A stretch of 64,000 nucleotides of DNA from Octopus vulgaris (taxonomy: Eukaryota), in assembly GCA_951406725.2 (NCBI GenBank), contig OX597823.1, forward strand, positions 81,344,001-81,408,000, read 5' to 3'. Shown piece after piece: positions 25,910 through 40,339 of the stretch. The notes below the pieces were generated by a model. The model made no database searches and had not been told where the DNA came from. It saw nothing but the letters and a program-made list of their open reading frames with translations. The stretch's first letter is position 1, and each line of letters opens with the position of its first letter. The position numbers and the translations under genes are program-made.

Positions 25910-28626
25910 ACATCAGAGGACTGCAAACACTCAGTAACAGGACAAAGATCCCGTTCCTGAGAGACTTTGTTGCATGCAATCAAGCCTTATGCATAGCACT
26001 TACAGAAACGCACCTGAAACCGGACATAGCAGATGCGGAGTTACACATACCACAGTATGCTGTACTACGGACCGACAGGAAAGAAAGGAGTCATGGAGGT
26101 GTTGCTATGTACATCCGTGAGGACCTCACACCCCAGGTCCTCTTGTCATACTCAAACTCGGTGTGTGACACACTAATTGTACATATTAGGCAACTTGATG
26201 TAGTTGTGTGTGCTACATATCGCCCTCCAGATGCCCCAAGCCATGTGGGCAAGTTCGAAGACTGCCTTATAAAAATAGAAGAAATTCTAACCACATTAGA
26301 ACAACACATAGGTGTGCTTCTTATGGGAGACTTCAATCTGCCCAATGTCAGATGGCCCGAGGGCCTTTCTCTCCCAGGAATGACAAGATGTGAACGAGGA
26401 CAGGCGAGGTCCCTCCTGAACCTCACCAACACCCTGTACATGGAGCAGGTAATACTCCAACCAACCAGGGCAGGTAACACACTGGATCTCTGCTTCACAA
26501 ATGACATGGATCTCATCCATAATGTGAAAGTGACACCGACACTACTCTCGGATCACAACATGGTAGAGCTGACCATGTATGGGCCAAAAGAGAGCACGGA
26601 CATGCAGCCTACAAGAAACCCTCAAAATCTTTCCAGCTTGAACTACCATAAGGCAAACTGGAAACAAATTGAGAAAGAGATCCTCAAACAAAACTGGCCT
26701 GAATGTCTCTCCTCGCCAGACATCGACGTGAAACTTCAACAATTCATGTCTGTAATGCAAGCCATATGCTACAAATGTGTCCCAGAGAGAAAGGCCACTG
26801 TACACAAGAACAAAATCCCCAGAGAGAGGAAAATTTTAATGAGACGGCGTACGAAATTTTCAAATCGCCTAAACAAACAGATTGAAAGCAGTGAAAAGTC
26901 CCGCCTAAAAATAAAACTGTTGGAAATCGAAAAATGTCTGCAACTCTCCCATGAAAAAGAAAGAGCAGACAAAGAAGCCTGGGCTATAGAAAACATAAAA
27001 TCTAACCCCAGAGCTTTCTACAGGTATGCTAAAGAAACAGCTACAGTGCACTGTAGAATAGGGCCACTCCTCGAAAAGGATGGCACACTTACAGGAAAAC
27101 CAATGAGGGTAAGTGAAATACTGAATGAGCAATTCAAGAGTGTTTTCACTCCACCCCTTGGGCATCTCCAAATCACCAATCCAACTGACTTTTTTACCAC
27201 TGCAGATATAAAATCAGAGGCGGCGACGATAGATTACATCGATATAAATGAAGACGATGTAACCAAGGCTATAGATGAAATGAAAAGAGACTCAGCTACT
27301 GGCCCCGATGGATTCCCGGCAATCCTCCTAAAAGCATGTAAGAGAGTCCTAGCAAGACCACTGCAGTTCCTCTTTCAGAGCTTCCTTGCAGCTGGCAAAC
27401 TTCCAGGAAAACTGAAGGAAGGTAAAATATGCCCCATTCATAAAGGAGGTAGCAGAGCGGAAGCCAAGAACTATAGACCTATCTCTCTGACCTCACACAT
27501 CAGCAAGGTCATGGAACGAATAGTCAGAAGGAAGCTGATCACCTTCCTTGAAGAGAATGACTTGCTGCCCGACACCCAACATGGTTTCCGACCAGGGAGA
27601 AGCTGTTTAACTCAGCTCCTACAACACTATGACTGGGTGCTGAAACGGCTGCTCAACCACTCAAATGTGGAAGTGATATATCTCGACTTTGCAAAGGCCT
27701 TTGATAAAGTCGATCATGGAATGATATGTCACAAACTGCGTGATCTCAACATAGTTGGAAAACTGGGAGAATGGCTTCATGACTTTCTGAAGGATAGAAG
27801 TCAGGTGGTAGTAGCCAATGGGGCCACCTCCATTAACACACAAATAGTGAGCGGTGTTCCGCAGGGCACTGTTCTGGGACCACTACTGTTCATAATGGCC
27901 CTCTCAGACATGCCCTCAGCCACGCAGAGAGCCACGATCACAAGTTATGCAGATGATACAAAAGTTTCACAGGCAATACAGAACCCTGAGGACACTAAAC
28001 ACCTGCAATGTGAGCTAGACGAAATATACAAGTGGGCTGAAAAGAATAGCATGCAGTTCAATGCTGGAAAGTTTCAAGCTTTATACTATCAGCATGCAAA
28101 ACTGAATGCAATACCCAATGAATACACTGGACCCGGAGGGATTGCAATCCCAGAGGCACAATCAGTGCGTGACCTGGGTATTCACATGAGTGATGACGCG
28201 ACCTTTCATGTACATGTTGCTAAACTGACAATGAAATGTAGACGGCTGGCTGGCTGGATTCTTAGAACCTTTAGAACAAGAGAACAAGAAACCATGATGG
28301 TCCTCTGGAAGACACTTGTCCTAAGCCACTTTGACTATTGCTCTCAGCTATGGTCACCATCCAGTGTCAAGTTGATCACAGAACTTGAGGCGATCCAACG
28401 AAGCTACACAAAGAAGATAGCCTCTATGCAGAATGTAAGCTACTGGGAAAGACTCAAGAGATTAAAATTATATTCCCTGGAGCGTAGGCGGGAAAGATAT
28501 GCCATAATATACATCTGGAAGATCCTGGAGGGAAGTGTCCTGAACTTTGGCATCGAGAGTTACGCAAATGCCAGAACTGGGCGCCACTGCGTGGTGCCTA
28601 GGACTAAACCTGCCATCAAGATGTAG
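25858..28626 (+). CDS. LINE ORF2: APE endonuclease plus reverse transcriptase (frame open from 25750; probable start ATG 25858)
   Basis: APE motifs LNIRGL, LTETHL, GGVAMY, YRPP, MGDFN, LDLCF, SDHN; RT motifs [44 protein letters not shown]. Confidence 0.95.
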   Translation: MDTAGNNNVHLTSILLLNIRGLQTLSNRTKIPFLRDFVACNQALCIALTETHLKPDIADAELHIPQYAVLRTDRKERSHGGVAMYIREDLTPQVLLSYSNSVCDTLIVHIRQLDVVVCATYRPPDAPSHVGKFEDCLIKIEEILTTLEQHIGVLLMGDFNLPNVRWPEGLSLPGMTRCERGQARSLLNLTNTLYMEQVILQPTRAGNTLDLCFTNDMDLIHNVKVTPTLLSDHNMVELTMYGPKESTDMQPTRNPQNLSSLNYHKANWKQIEKEILKQNWPECLSSPDIDVKLQQFMSVMQAICYKCVPERKATVHKNKIPRERKILMRRRTKFSNRLNKQIESSEKSRLKIKLLEIEKCLQLSHEKERADKEAWAIENIKSNPRAFYRYAKETATVHCRIGPLLEKDGTLTGKPMRVSEILNEQFKSVFTPPLGHLQITNPTDFFTTADIKSEAATIDYIDINEDDVTKAIDEMKRDSATGPDGFPAILLKACKRVLARPLQFLFQSFLAAGKLPGKLKEGKICPIHKGGSRAEAKNYRPISLTSHISKVMERIVRRKLITFLEENDLLPDTQHGFRPGRSCLTQLLQHYDWVLKRLLNHSNVEVIYLDFAKAFDKVDHGMICHKLRDLNIVGKLGEWLHDFLKDRSQVVVANGATSINTQIVSGVPQGTVLGPLLFIMALSDMPSATQRATITSYADDTKVSQAIQNPEDTKHLQCELDEIYKWAEKNSMQFNAGKFQALYYQHAKLNAIPNEYTGPGGIAIPEAQSVRDLGIHMSDDATFHVHVAKLTMKCRRLAGWILRTFRTREQETMMVLWKTLVLSHFDYCSQLWSPSSVKLITELEAIQRSYTKKIASMQNVSYWERLKRLKLYSLERRRERYAIIYIWKILEGSVLNFGIESYANARTGRHCVVPRTKPAIKM

Positions 28627-28846
28627 GACAAGATACTGTGATAGCCTGGGCTTCCGAGGCCCACAGCTCTTCAATATCCTCCCGAAGAACCTGAGAGACC
28701 TGCATGGGGTGGATACAGATGTCTTTAAAATGAAGCTGGATCTCTTCCTGTCAGGTGTCCCAGATGAACCAACTTCACGGCAGGAGGGGCAGATGAGGGC
28801 AGCTGCATCGAACTCTCTCATGCATATAGCCACAGTCATAAGCTGA
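28603..28846 (+). pseudogene. Frameshifted C-terminal continuation of ORF2
   Basis: Alternate frame [23 protein letters not shown]...VPDEP...AAASNSL aligns with the in-frame paralog at 41784-42065. Confidence 0.85.
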
Positions 28847-28870
28847 AAGCCAATCCATGAAGTGAAATAG

Positions 28871-29382
<512 letters not shown>

Positions 29383-29399
29383 ATTTATTATATAGAAGG

Positions 29400-29446
29400 A
29401 GCTTCTACAGGACTAACTGTTTCATTCAAGAGAAATCCAGGAAGCT
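29400..29446 (-). ncRNA. Degenerate family-A hammerhead (core CTGGA, 2-nt deletion)
   Basis: Reverse complement agcttc-ctgga-tttctcttgaat-gaaa-cagttagtcctg-ta-gaagct. Confidence 0.6.
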
Positions 29447-29835
29447 ATTTAACAAGAATTGTATTAGCATTTATAATTTAGGCAGGTGGAGTGGTGGTGG
29501 GGGACTTTTTGGGGGTAGGCATAGCGCAAAATATCATACTCAGGGGAGTGGTCAAGGAGTCAGTGGTAAGTTAGATGAAAGAATAGATAAATAAAATATA
29601 TAAAAAAATATAAAAATAAAATAAAAAAATAAAAAAATAAAAAAATAAAAAAATATATATAAAAAATATATATATATATATATAAAATATATATATATAA
29701 ATATATAAAAAAATATAAAAAATATATATATAAAAAAAGGGGGATAGAGTTATAGGTAAATAAGGAGATTCCCACTTATACCTATACACACATGTATACG
29801 TATCTACACACACATACGCACATACACATATATCT

Positions 29836-29894
<59 letters not shown>

Positions 29895-30365
29895 CATACC
29901 TACACATACACACATACATACATACAAATATACATATACATATATATATATATACAATCCAATACAGGCCCATTCCCTAATTTTAATTTTATTATCTTCA
30001 TTTATTACTTTTGTTATCTTTGATCGCTAAGGCTAAGAATCCTGGCAATAGCTGCTTGTCCATTTGTCTGTCTACTAGAAGGCAAGTACTCATTCCCGCA
30101 CGCACACTCATTAGCACGTACATTCACCCATTCGTACACTCATACACATACACGTACGCACGCGTTATATTCATACATACAAACATCTACATACGTTCAC
30201 GTATATACACATACGTACTCGTACCTACAGATTCGTGTCTACACTTTAGGAGGCTAGTCTATACATATACACCAATAAATATACATATATATATATATAT
30301 ACATATATACCCGCATATACATACACACACACACATATATATATACTCCTACATACAGATACATA

Positions 30366-30405
<40 letters not shown>

Positions 30406-30718
30406 TACATATATATATACATACATACACATACATACACATACACACATACACACACATACATACACATATATATACATACACAAACATATATACACAC
30501 ACATATATATACATACACACATACACACATACATACGTATACATACGTATTTTTATTCTTTTATTTTATCTTTTATATTTTTTTATTTTTTATTTTTTTA
30601 TTTTTTTATTACCTTGACCACTCCCCCAAGTATGATATTTTGCGCTATGCCTACCCCCAAAAAGTCCCCCACCACCACTCCTCTAAATGTATAAATGCTA
30701 ATACAATTCTTGTTAAAT

Positions 30719-30769
30719 AGCTTCCTGAAGATTTCTCTTGAATGAAACAGTACTAGTCCTGTAGAAGCT
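30719..30769 (+). ncRNA. Type I hammerhead ribozyme fold (family A)
   Basis: AGCTTC-CTGAAGA-t TTC tctt GAA t-GAAA-CAG tactagtc CTG-TA-GAAGCT; stems I, II and III and the core can be drawn; predicted cleavage after GUA (30763). Confidence 0.8.
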
Positions 30770-30849
30770 CCTTCTATATAATAAATTAATTTTACTCTGC
30801 TATGTATTGAGTACCTTACTTACTGTGGTTAACCCCGAATCAACCCGGG

Positions 30850-32260
<1,411 letters not shown>

Positions 32261-32429
32261 TCATCATCATCATCATCATCGTTTAGCGTCCGCTTTCCAT
32301 GCTAGCATGGGTTGGACGGGTCAACTGGGGTCTGTGAAGCTGGAAGGCTTCGTCAGGCCCAGTCAGATCTGGCAGTGTTTCTACGGCTGGATGCCCTTCC
32401 TAACGCCAATATATATATATATATATAAC

Positions 32430-32479
<50 letters not shown>

Positions 32480-33671
32480 GATATGTAGAAAAATACAAAC
32501 TGAGACAAGAACGCATAAAAACTTAGAAGACGATACAACAAACACAGACAGGACATTCGAAGCCCTCAGTCTTCAGTCAAGAACTGGATCATCGTAGTAA
32601 TTTCGGCTGATTAATCTTGAGAATATATATATATATATATATATATTTCGGCTGATTATACTCGAGATTTGGCCAATCTGGCCAGCCCCAAGGAAAAACT
32701 AAGCTAAAAGCATTAGATTCCTTGGAAGAAAGCAGTGAATGTATACAAAAACAAGGACGGAAAAAACGGACAATGTTACACAAATACAATAAAAATAATA
32801 ACAGGATATAAGAACAAGTGTCTTTCGATTAAGGACAAATTAAATTAAGCTGGCATGTGTGGAAATGAAGCCTTACAGCAAGGATACAAGATTTCACAGG
32901 AACAGAGAGGAATATCGATGTTGCACAGACAATGGCCAGACCAAGAAAGAAAGATCAGGCTTGGCCGAATGCTGGTCACGTGGGAAGAGAAGAGAGAGAG
33001 CATCATCATCATCAGTTAATAGGATTGGATGGTTTGATATGGTTGCTATGGCTGAGTTCCCTTCCTAATGCCAACCACTTTACAGAGTGTACTGGGGAGT
33101 GCTTTTTACATGATACCAGCAGCAGTGAGGTCACTGAATAAGTTACAAGGTGAGACATTTCAAATGGGGGTGTAGTAGTAGCAGTGAAGGGGGTGGCTTT
33201 GTGCCAGGTGATGAGAAGCTAGAATATGAATAGAGGGAGAGAAATAAATGTCTTGCAACGTTATTGAGAGAGTGAAAGAGGAGGAAGAGAGGGAGAGAGA
33301 GAGAGAGATGGGAGGAGAGTGAGGCAAAAGAGAGTAAGGGAGAGAAAGAAGAGATGCACCGACATCTTAAAAGTAAATAGATACCCCTCATTACCAAGAT
33401 TTATTTGTGCGGTTACTACTCATTATTATAATTCTGAAACAATTTAAATCATGAGAAAAATGAACAGGCCATGTCTACTAAATACTAGAGTAAGTATTTA
33501 AATGTATCAAATGACATTATTTTGTTACTAGAAATGAATTTTTAAAAAGTGATGGTATCTATTTGCTTTGTGTATTTATATACATATTTGTATGTGTGTG
33601 TGTGTGTGTGTGTGTGTGAGTGTGTGTGTGTGTGTGTGCATGTGTGTGTGTGTGTGCATGTGTGTGTGAGA

Positions 33672-33868
33672 GAGTGAAAGGCAGATTGTATGATGCCTGT
33701 GCATGAACAGCTATGCTACATGGCAGTGAAACATGGGCCATGACAGCTGAGGACATGCATAGGCTTGAAAGAAATGAATCCAGTATGCTTCTCTGGATGC
33801 GAACATCAGTGTGCATGTACAACAGAATGTAAGCACCTTGAGAGAAAAGTTGGGCTTAAAAGGCAGAT
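33672..33868 (+). mobile_element. RTE-clade LINE fragment (post-RT region)
   Basis: VKGRLYDACA*TAMLHGSETWAMTAEDMHRLERNE..LREKLGLKG. Confidence 0.75.
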
Positions 33869-34169
33869 CTTCCCTGATACCACTTATCTTTCTCACTACC
33901 CCAGAACCATTTCACCTGTTATCTTTCCTCCATGCTCAGCACTATCTTCTCCACCCACATTTTACATTGATTGTGCTACTGAGCCACCAAGTGATCTCTC
34001 CTCCACTACCATATATCTCTCCCCCTCACCATTCACTACACCTGCCCTGTGCTCTTACAACCTATGCAACTGTATCATGACCTTTCTCCCTTTTACTATC
34101 TTTTGTCTGTCTTTGTTTGTCCCCTCTATGTTTAGCCCATTGTGGGCAATAAAGAAATAAGAAATAGAG

Positions 34170-35150
34170 GTAGGATGAATGTAATGGATGCTGACCAAGC
34201 AGAGCTTTTGGCTCATCGTGTCAAACTGTTGAATACCTTCAGAGCATATGGTATCCCATGCACTATTGTAGATGCTATTAACATTCTCTTCGAAGATACT
34301 CTCATTCAAGTTTTATTGTCTAATGCTGGTACAGATTTATTGAGATCCTGACAGGAGTACTACATGGTGACACTCTTATGGCCTTGCTATATATAATGGC
34401 TTTGGACTATTCACTGAATTGCAATATCAAATGCAGAAAAAACAGGTTTTTAAATAATTCCTCCAAAAACCAGATGTGATTTTGCAACTATTGTTACTGT
34501 AACAGATTCATCATCATCATCATCATCATTTAATGTCCATTTTCCATGCTAGCATGGGTTGGACGATTCGACCGGGGTCTGGGAAGCCAGGAGGCTGCAT
34601 CAGGCTCCAGTCTGATCTGGCAGTGTTTCTACAGCTGGATGCCCTTCCTAACGCCAACCATTCCATGAGTGTAGTGGGTGCTTTTTAAGTGCCACTGACA
34701 CAGGTGCCAGACGAGGCTGGCAGTGGCCACGATTGGTTGGTGCTTTTTACGTGCCACTGGCACAGAAGTCAGTCAAGGCGACGTGGGCATCGGCCACGTT
34801 CGGATGGTGCTTTTTATGTGCCACTGGCACAGGTATCACAACTACAATTTCCATTTGATATTCATTTTGAAGTTGATGATATAATTCATAGATTATGCAG
34901 ATGATATAATTCTTACTTCAAATACAATCAAGAAAGCTCAACAGTTTTTTAGAGCAGCAGTAGAATGCATATTGATATATAGATTTGAATGCTGTACACT
35001 TGCTTATGTAACAGAAAGCTTAAAAAGTAGGGTAAAGGGAACATATACAAGGAGGGCAAAGAACGTTTCTTTGAAACAACAGTTATTGAACAGTGTATAG
35101 TATTGAAAAATACCATTATTAACAGAAACCATCAAATAGTATAGACTCTA
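34170..35150 (+). mobile_element. Decayed RTE-like RT fragment interrupted by a SINE (34508-34865)
   Basis: HRVKLLNTFRAYGIP..IVDAI..GVLHGDTL, and DYADD after the SINE. Confidence 0.65.
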
Positions 35151-35431
35151 GGATGTGTAAATGCGTGTGTATACATATATTTTATCTTTATTTGGTTTAG
35201 TCATCAGACTGTAGCCATGCTGGGGCACTGCCTTGAAGAAGTTTTAGTCAAGCTTATTGATTCCAGTACTTATTTTTTTGGTAAAAACTGGTCCTTAGGC
35301 TATCAGTCTCTTTTGCTGAACTGCTAAGTCATGGGGATGTAAACATACCAAAACCAGTTGTCCAAACAGTGGTTAGGGACAAACACAAACACACACACAC
35401 ATACACAGAGGATCGGTTTCTTTTAGTTTCT

Positions 35432-35661
35432 TATTTCTTTATTGCCCACAAGGGGCTAAACATAGAGGGAACAAACAAGGACAGACAAACGGATTAAGTT
35501 GATTACATCGACCCCAGTGTGTAACTGGTATTTAATTTATCGACCCCGAAAGGATGAAAGGCAAAGTCGACTTCGGCGGAATTTGAACTCAGAACGTAAC
35601 GACAGACGAAAACCGCTAAGCATTTCACCTGGCGTGCTAACGTTTCTGCTAGCTTGCCGCC
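35432..35661 (-). mobile_element. SINE family S2 with 15-bp TSD
   Basis: TSD tttcttttagtttct at 35417-35431 and 35664-35678. Confidence 0.85.
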
Positions 35662-35783
35662 ATTTTCTTTTAGTTTCTGCCTACCAAATCCACTTACAAG
35701 GCTTTGGTCAGCCTGAGGCTATTGTAGAAGTCATTTGCCCAAAGTGTTACACTGTGGGACTGAATCCAGAATTGTGTACCTAG

Positions 35784-36034
35784 TTAAGTTACCTTCATGA
35801 GTCACGCTGACTCATAATGGCCAGTTTCCTGGTTTCCACGGCATAAAAATTCCCCACCTGGATGAGACGCTAGTCCAGCACACTGTTACTCATTCTTGCC
35901 AGCTGAGTGGACTGGAGCAACATGAAATGAAATTTTTTGCTCAAGAAAACAATGCGTTGCCTGGTTCAGGAATCGAAACCACAATCTTGCATCCATGAGT
36001 CCAATACCCTAACCACTAAGCCATATGCCTCCAC
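35784..36034 (-). mobile_element. tRNA-derived SINE family S4
   Basis: Head ggaggcatatggcttagtggttaggg..ggtttcgattcc, then cttgagcaa..ttgctccagtccactcagctgg; related pieces at 15335-15500 and 49290-49390. Confidence 0.7.
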
Positions 36035-36194
36035 AACCATGTACTTAGGAAGCAAACTTTTTACCACACAACCATGCTTACACCTGCTATAATTTTGTGG
36101 TCAAAATAAATGAACTGAATTTTAAAAACCCAAACAATCTGGCCATGACCATTCAATCTTATCAGAATGTTTATCTTAGACTAAATTACCCTAT

Positions 36195-36387
36195 ACTCTT
36201 TTACTCTTTTACTTGTTTCAGTCATTTGACTCTGGCCATGCTGGAGCACCGACTTTAGTCAAGCAAATCGACCCCAGGACTTATTCTTTGTAAGCCTATC
36301 GGTCTCTTTTGCCAAACCGCTAAGTTTTGGGGACGTAAACATACCAGCATCAGTTATCAAGTGGGAGACAAACACAGATTCACAAAC

Positions 36388-36418
<31 letters not shown>

Positions 36419-36547
36419 CGACGGGCTTCTTTTCAGTTTCTGTCTACCAAATCCACTCACAAGGCTTTGGTCAGCTCGAGGCTATAGTAGAAGACACTTG
36501 CCCAAGGTGCCACACAGTGGGACTGAACCCGGAACCATGTGGTTGGT
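36195..36547 (-). mobile_element. SINE family S1
   Basis: Tail to B-box match. Confidence 0.85.
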
Positions 36548-37841
36548 ATATATCCTTTTCTTTAAAAAAATAGCTGGTTGAGTATGATTTGAGGGAGATT
36601 TGGCTACTATTTCTAGCTGGTTGAGCAACCATATCAGTTCATACATATTTTGAGTTAATAAAAAATAATGGAATGTCAGATAAAAGATTTATGGTAGTTT
36701 ATTTTCCCAGTTCAGATTCCATTGAGGTTGATGTTTGTTTGATGTTTGTCTTGCATTCTTCCAGAACAGGTAAAAATAAATACCAGTTTTGCTAGCGGTA
36801 AGGACTAACTCTTATCACCTATACTACCCTGCTCTTGATTATTTGTTGCATTGTGCCAAACATAAGAAATTGTTGTATTTCGGTCAGTGATTCAGTTCTA
36901 ATATGTCTTGATTAAAATGGGATTTAGAACCTGCTGTCAGAGAAGCTGACAAAAGATAAGTTTATCTTGATTTATGGATGAGATCAGTTGAATAATGGCC
37001 AGTATACTAATATTTATTCTCTGAAAAAAGAATATACAATAACAGGATACAGAATGCAAATTTCATCTAAAAATACAAAACAGTCCTTAATAGCTACCGG
37101 CATTATTCTTTCAACGTTGATTTTTTATTAAAAAAAAAATGCAACATAAAAGGCAAAGTTATTTTGTAGAATAATATAAATGTGATTTCAAAATATTGAT
37201 TTCTTTTGATTAAGCACAATAGTAATTTTTACTTAGTGTATTGAACTGACCGGAATGTACTACAATGTTTATTTTATATACTTCGGGATGATAAAAAGCA
37301 AGGTTTATAGCAATTTAAGTTATCTGGGCTATGAACTTCATCTTTCATGTTCGATAAAACTACATTTCAGTCGGTCAGATCTACATACATTTTCTGGTTC
37401 CTTATTCCCTACAATAACGTTTTTGGTATTTCTTAATTTTTTAATCATTTTTCGTTTTTGGATTTAGTTTGCAAGATTCTTTATATGAGTTCGTGTGTTG
37501 AAGCATATTCTGTTGTGTCTGGAGGGAGTCATTTTCTTTTTGTGCCTTATAATGTAAAACACTCACCGGTAAAATTTCCAACTTTTTATTCTTATTTTTA
37601 TTTTCCTAAAATTTTCGTTGCATCTTGCAACCTTTTCAATAGTTTTAACTCTCATTCTTTAATCATTCTTTTAGGTAAAGCTGATCTTGGTAGAATTTGA
37701 AAAAACAGTGATGAGATTAAATGCTATAAAGCCTTTAGCACTGCACTTCATAGGAAATGTTTGATTAATTCCCAACCACTCCATACAAAAGTAACAATAC
37801 ATTTGAATATCATCATCATCATCATTTCACATCCATCTTCC

Positions 37842-38066
37842 TATTTCTTTATTGCCCACAAGGGGCTAAACATAGAGGGGACAAACAAAGGACAGACAAA
37901 GGGATTAAGTTGATTAGATTGACCCCAGTGCGTAACTAGTGCTTAATTTATTGACCCCGAAAGGATGGAAGGCAAAGTCGACCTCGGTGGAATTTGAACT
38001 CAGAATGTAACGAAATACTGCTAAGCATTTCGCTCGGCACGCTAACGTTTCTGCCAGCTCGCCGCC
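37842..38066 (-). mobile_element. SINE family S2 with 17-bp TSD
   Basis: TSD tttcacatccatcttcc at 37825-37841 and 38067-38083. Confidence 0.88.
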
Positions 38067-39563
38067 TTTCACATCCATCTTCCATACAGGAATGGGTCAG
38101 ATGGTTTGATGGAAGCTATTGAGCTACAGAACTGCACCAAGCTCTAGTGTCTGCTTTGGCTTGGTTTCTGATGCTGGGTGCCCTTCTTAATGCCAACAAG
38201 TTTACAGAGTGTACTGGGTGCTTTTACAGCGTGTACATAGCACCAGTAGCAGTGAGGTCGCCATGTAGGCCACTTGTGAGACAAGACTCCTCAGCTGAGG
38301 TGGGGAGTAGTATTGAAGGAGGTGGCTTTGTTTCAGGTGATGAGGTATGATAGAGGTGTTTTTCTGTAGAGAGGATACATGGCTACCCCAGTTGAAAAAG
38401 GAGAGAGAGAGGGGGAGAGAGAGAATGAGAGAGAGAGAGGGGGTAGCGAGTGAGAGAGAGACAGAGAGAGAGAGAATGAGAAAGGGAGAGAGAGGGAGAG
38501 TGAGAGAGAGAGAAGGAGGGAGAGAGAGAGAGAGAGAGAGAAAAGATGGTAACAAAAATGCATTGCGGCACATCCTCAAGTTACAGAGTGGGGTATACAA
38601 GTGAAGTAGTACAGAGGATTGGATAGGATAAGTGGGTGGGTAAGTTCACAGGAGTGCGAAAGAAAAGTGGGAAATGGTGGGGAAGTTAATTTTCTAATAA
38701 CCAATTTATTATTTTCTCTAGATGAACAAATTGAACTCCAAAAATAAGCTTTTGACTCAGTGCATAAAATTTCATAAAAATTGAATATGTAGGAAAAAAA
38801 AGACTGCCTACATTGAAATCAACTATGAAAATAATCATTCTTGTGAAAATAAACGGTTAAATATTCTACATATGTAGAATAATAAAGTTCTTGGTGTGTT
38901 TAATAGAATAAAGTTATTTTTGATAGCTAATAATTTTATTCTAAAAAAGGATTTTAATAATGTATATATTTTCCCTTCTGCCACCCAACAGTAAAATATC
39001 ATCTCACACCCACCAGGAGAACCCCAGTTTAAAGACCCCTGCCTTAGTCCAATTTTCAACTGTTTCTGCCAACTTTTTACCTTAAGGAAAAACAAATTAT
39101 TGATTTCTAGCATTGGCACAATGTTTAGTGTGTGGCCAGGATTTTGACAAAAAAAAAAAAAATTCTTGATTATAAAAATGGATTCTCTAGTAACTGTCTT
39201 ATTTGTAAAAAACACAAGGATGCAGGCATGGTTGTGTGGTTAAAAAGTTTTCTTACCAGCCATTTGGTTTCAGGTTCAGTCCCATTACATGGCACCTTAG
39301 GCAAGTATTTTCTACCAAAGCCTTGTGGGTAGATTTGGTAGGCAGAAACTGAAAGCATTTTATATTATATTCTTTTATTTGTTTCAGTGATTAGACTGTG
39401 GCCATGCCTTTAGTTGAACAAATTGATCCCAGTACTTATTCTTTGTAAGCCTAGTATTTATTCTATTGATTACTTTTGTCGAACCGCTAAGTTATGGGGA
39501 TTATAAACACACCAACATTGGTTGTCAAGCGTTCGTAGGGGGACAAACGCAGACACACAAACA

Positions 39564-39571
<8 letters not shown>

Positions 39572-39596
<25 letters not shown>

Positions 39597-39597
39597 G

Positions 39598-39658
<61 letters not shown>

Positions 39659-39688
39659 CAACAACAACAACAATAATAATAATAATAG
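39572..39688. repeat. (TAA)n(CAA)n tract
   Basis: Direct reading. Confidence 0.95.
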
Positions 39689-39892
39689 TAGGGAATATGA
39701 TTCCAAAACTTACAGGGAAAAATTCAATGTAACAATTTAAAATCAAATTTCACAATATATGATATATCATCGTCATCATCATTTAGCGTCCGCTTTCCAT
39801 GCTGGCATGGGTTGGGTGGTGCAACTGGGGTCTGGGAAGCCAGAAGGCTGCACCAGGACCAGTCTGATCTGGCAATGTTTCTACGGCTGGAT

Positions 39893-40334
39893 ATATATAT
39901 AATTTAGAGAAAAACTGCTATTAGACAATTCAATAAAGAAAGATGTTATTCACACCATATAGAAAACATATACTATATAAAAAAAGCCTTATTCTAAAAA
40001 TCAATAAAGTACAATAAATCTACCCACAAGGCTTTGGTAGAAAACTCTTACTTAAGGTGCCATGTAATGGGACTGAATCTGGAACCAAATGGCTGGTAAG
40101 AAAACTTTTTAACCATACAACCATGATAAAAGGAGTGGCTGTGTGGTTAGAAGCTTGCTTCCCAACCACATGGTTCCAGGTTCAGTCCCACTGCATGGCA
40201 CCTTGGACTATTTATTGTACTTTATTGATTTTTAGAAATAAGTTTTATTTTTATAGTATATGTTTTTCTATATGGTGTGAATAACATCTTTCTTTATTGA
40301 ATTGTTTAATAGCGGTTTTTCTCTAAATTATATA
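39893..40334. repeat. ~125-bp inverted arms enclosing two locally copied SINE pieces
   Basis: 39893-40019 is the reverse complement of 40210-40334. Confidence 0.8.
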
Positions 40335-40339
40335 CATAC

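Larger units (their letters stand above)
25501..28870 (+). mobile_element. 5'-truncated, near-intact non-LTR retrotransposon of the CR1/L2 group inserted in (TA)n
   Basis: GC-richer 3.4-kb block with abrupt (TA)n borders on both sides; contains an ORF1 remnant and an APE-RT ORF2. Confidence 0.93.
35185..36087 (-). mobile_element. SINE S1 carrying two nested SINE insertions
   Basis: S1 pieces 35185-35431, 35664-35783 and 36035-36087 are collinear. Confidence 0.75.

Noticed and set aside
26091-27200. Antisense ORFs within the LINE
   Set aside because: Shadow frames of ORF2
32480-32990. Hammerhead in the repeat containing ctgaaga on the minus strand (related piece at 9490-9630)
   Set aside because: Could not draw a consistent core with stems I-III; may be another PLE-like remnant but unsupported
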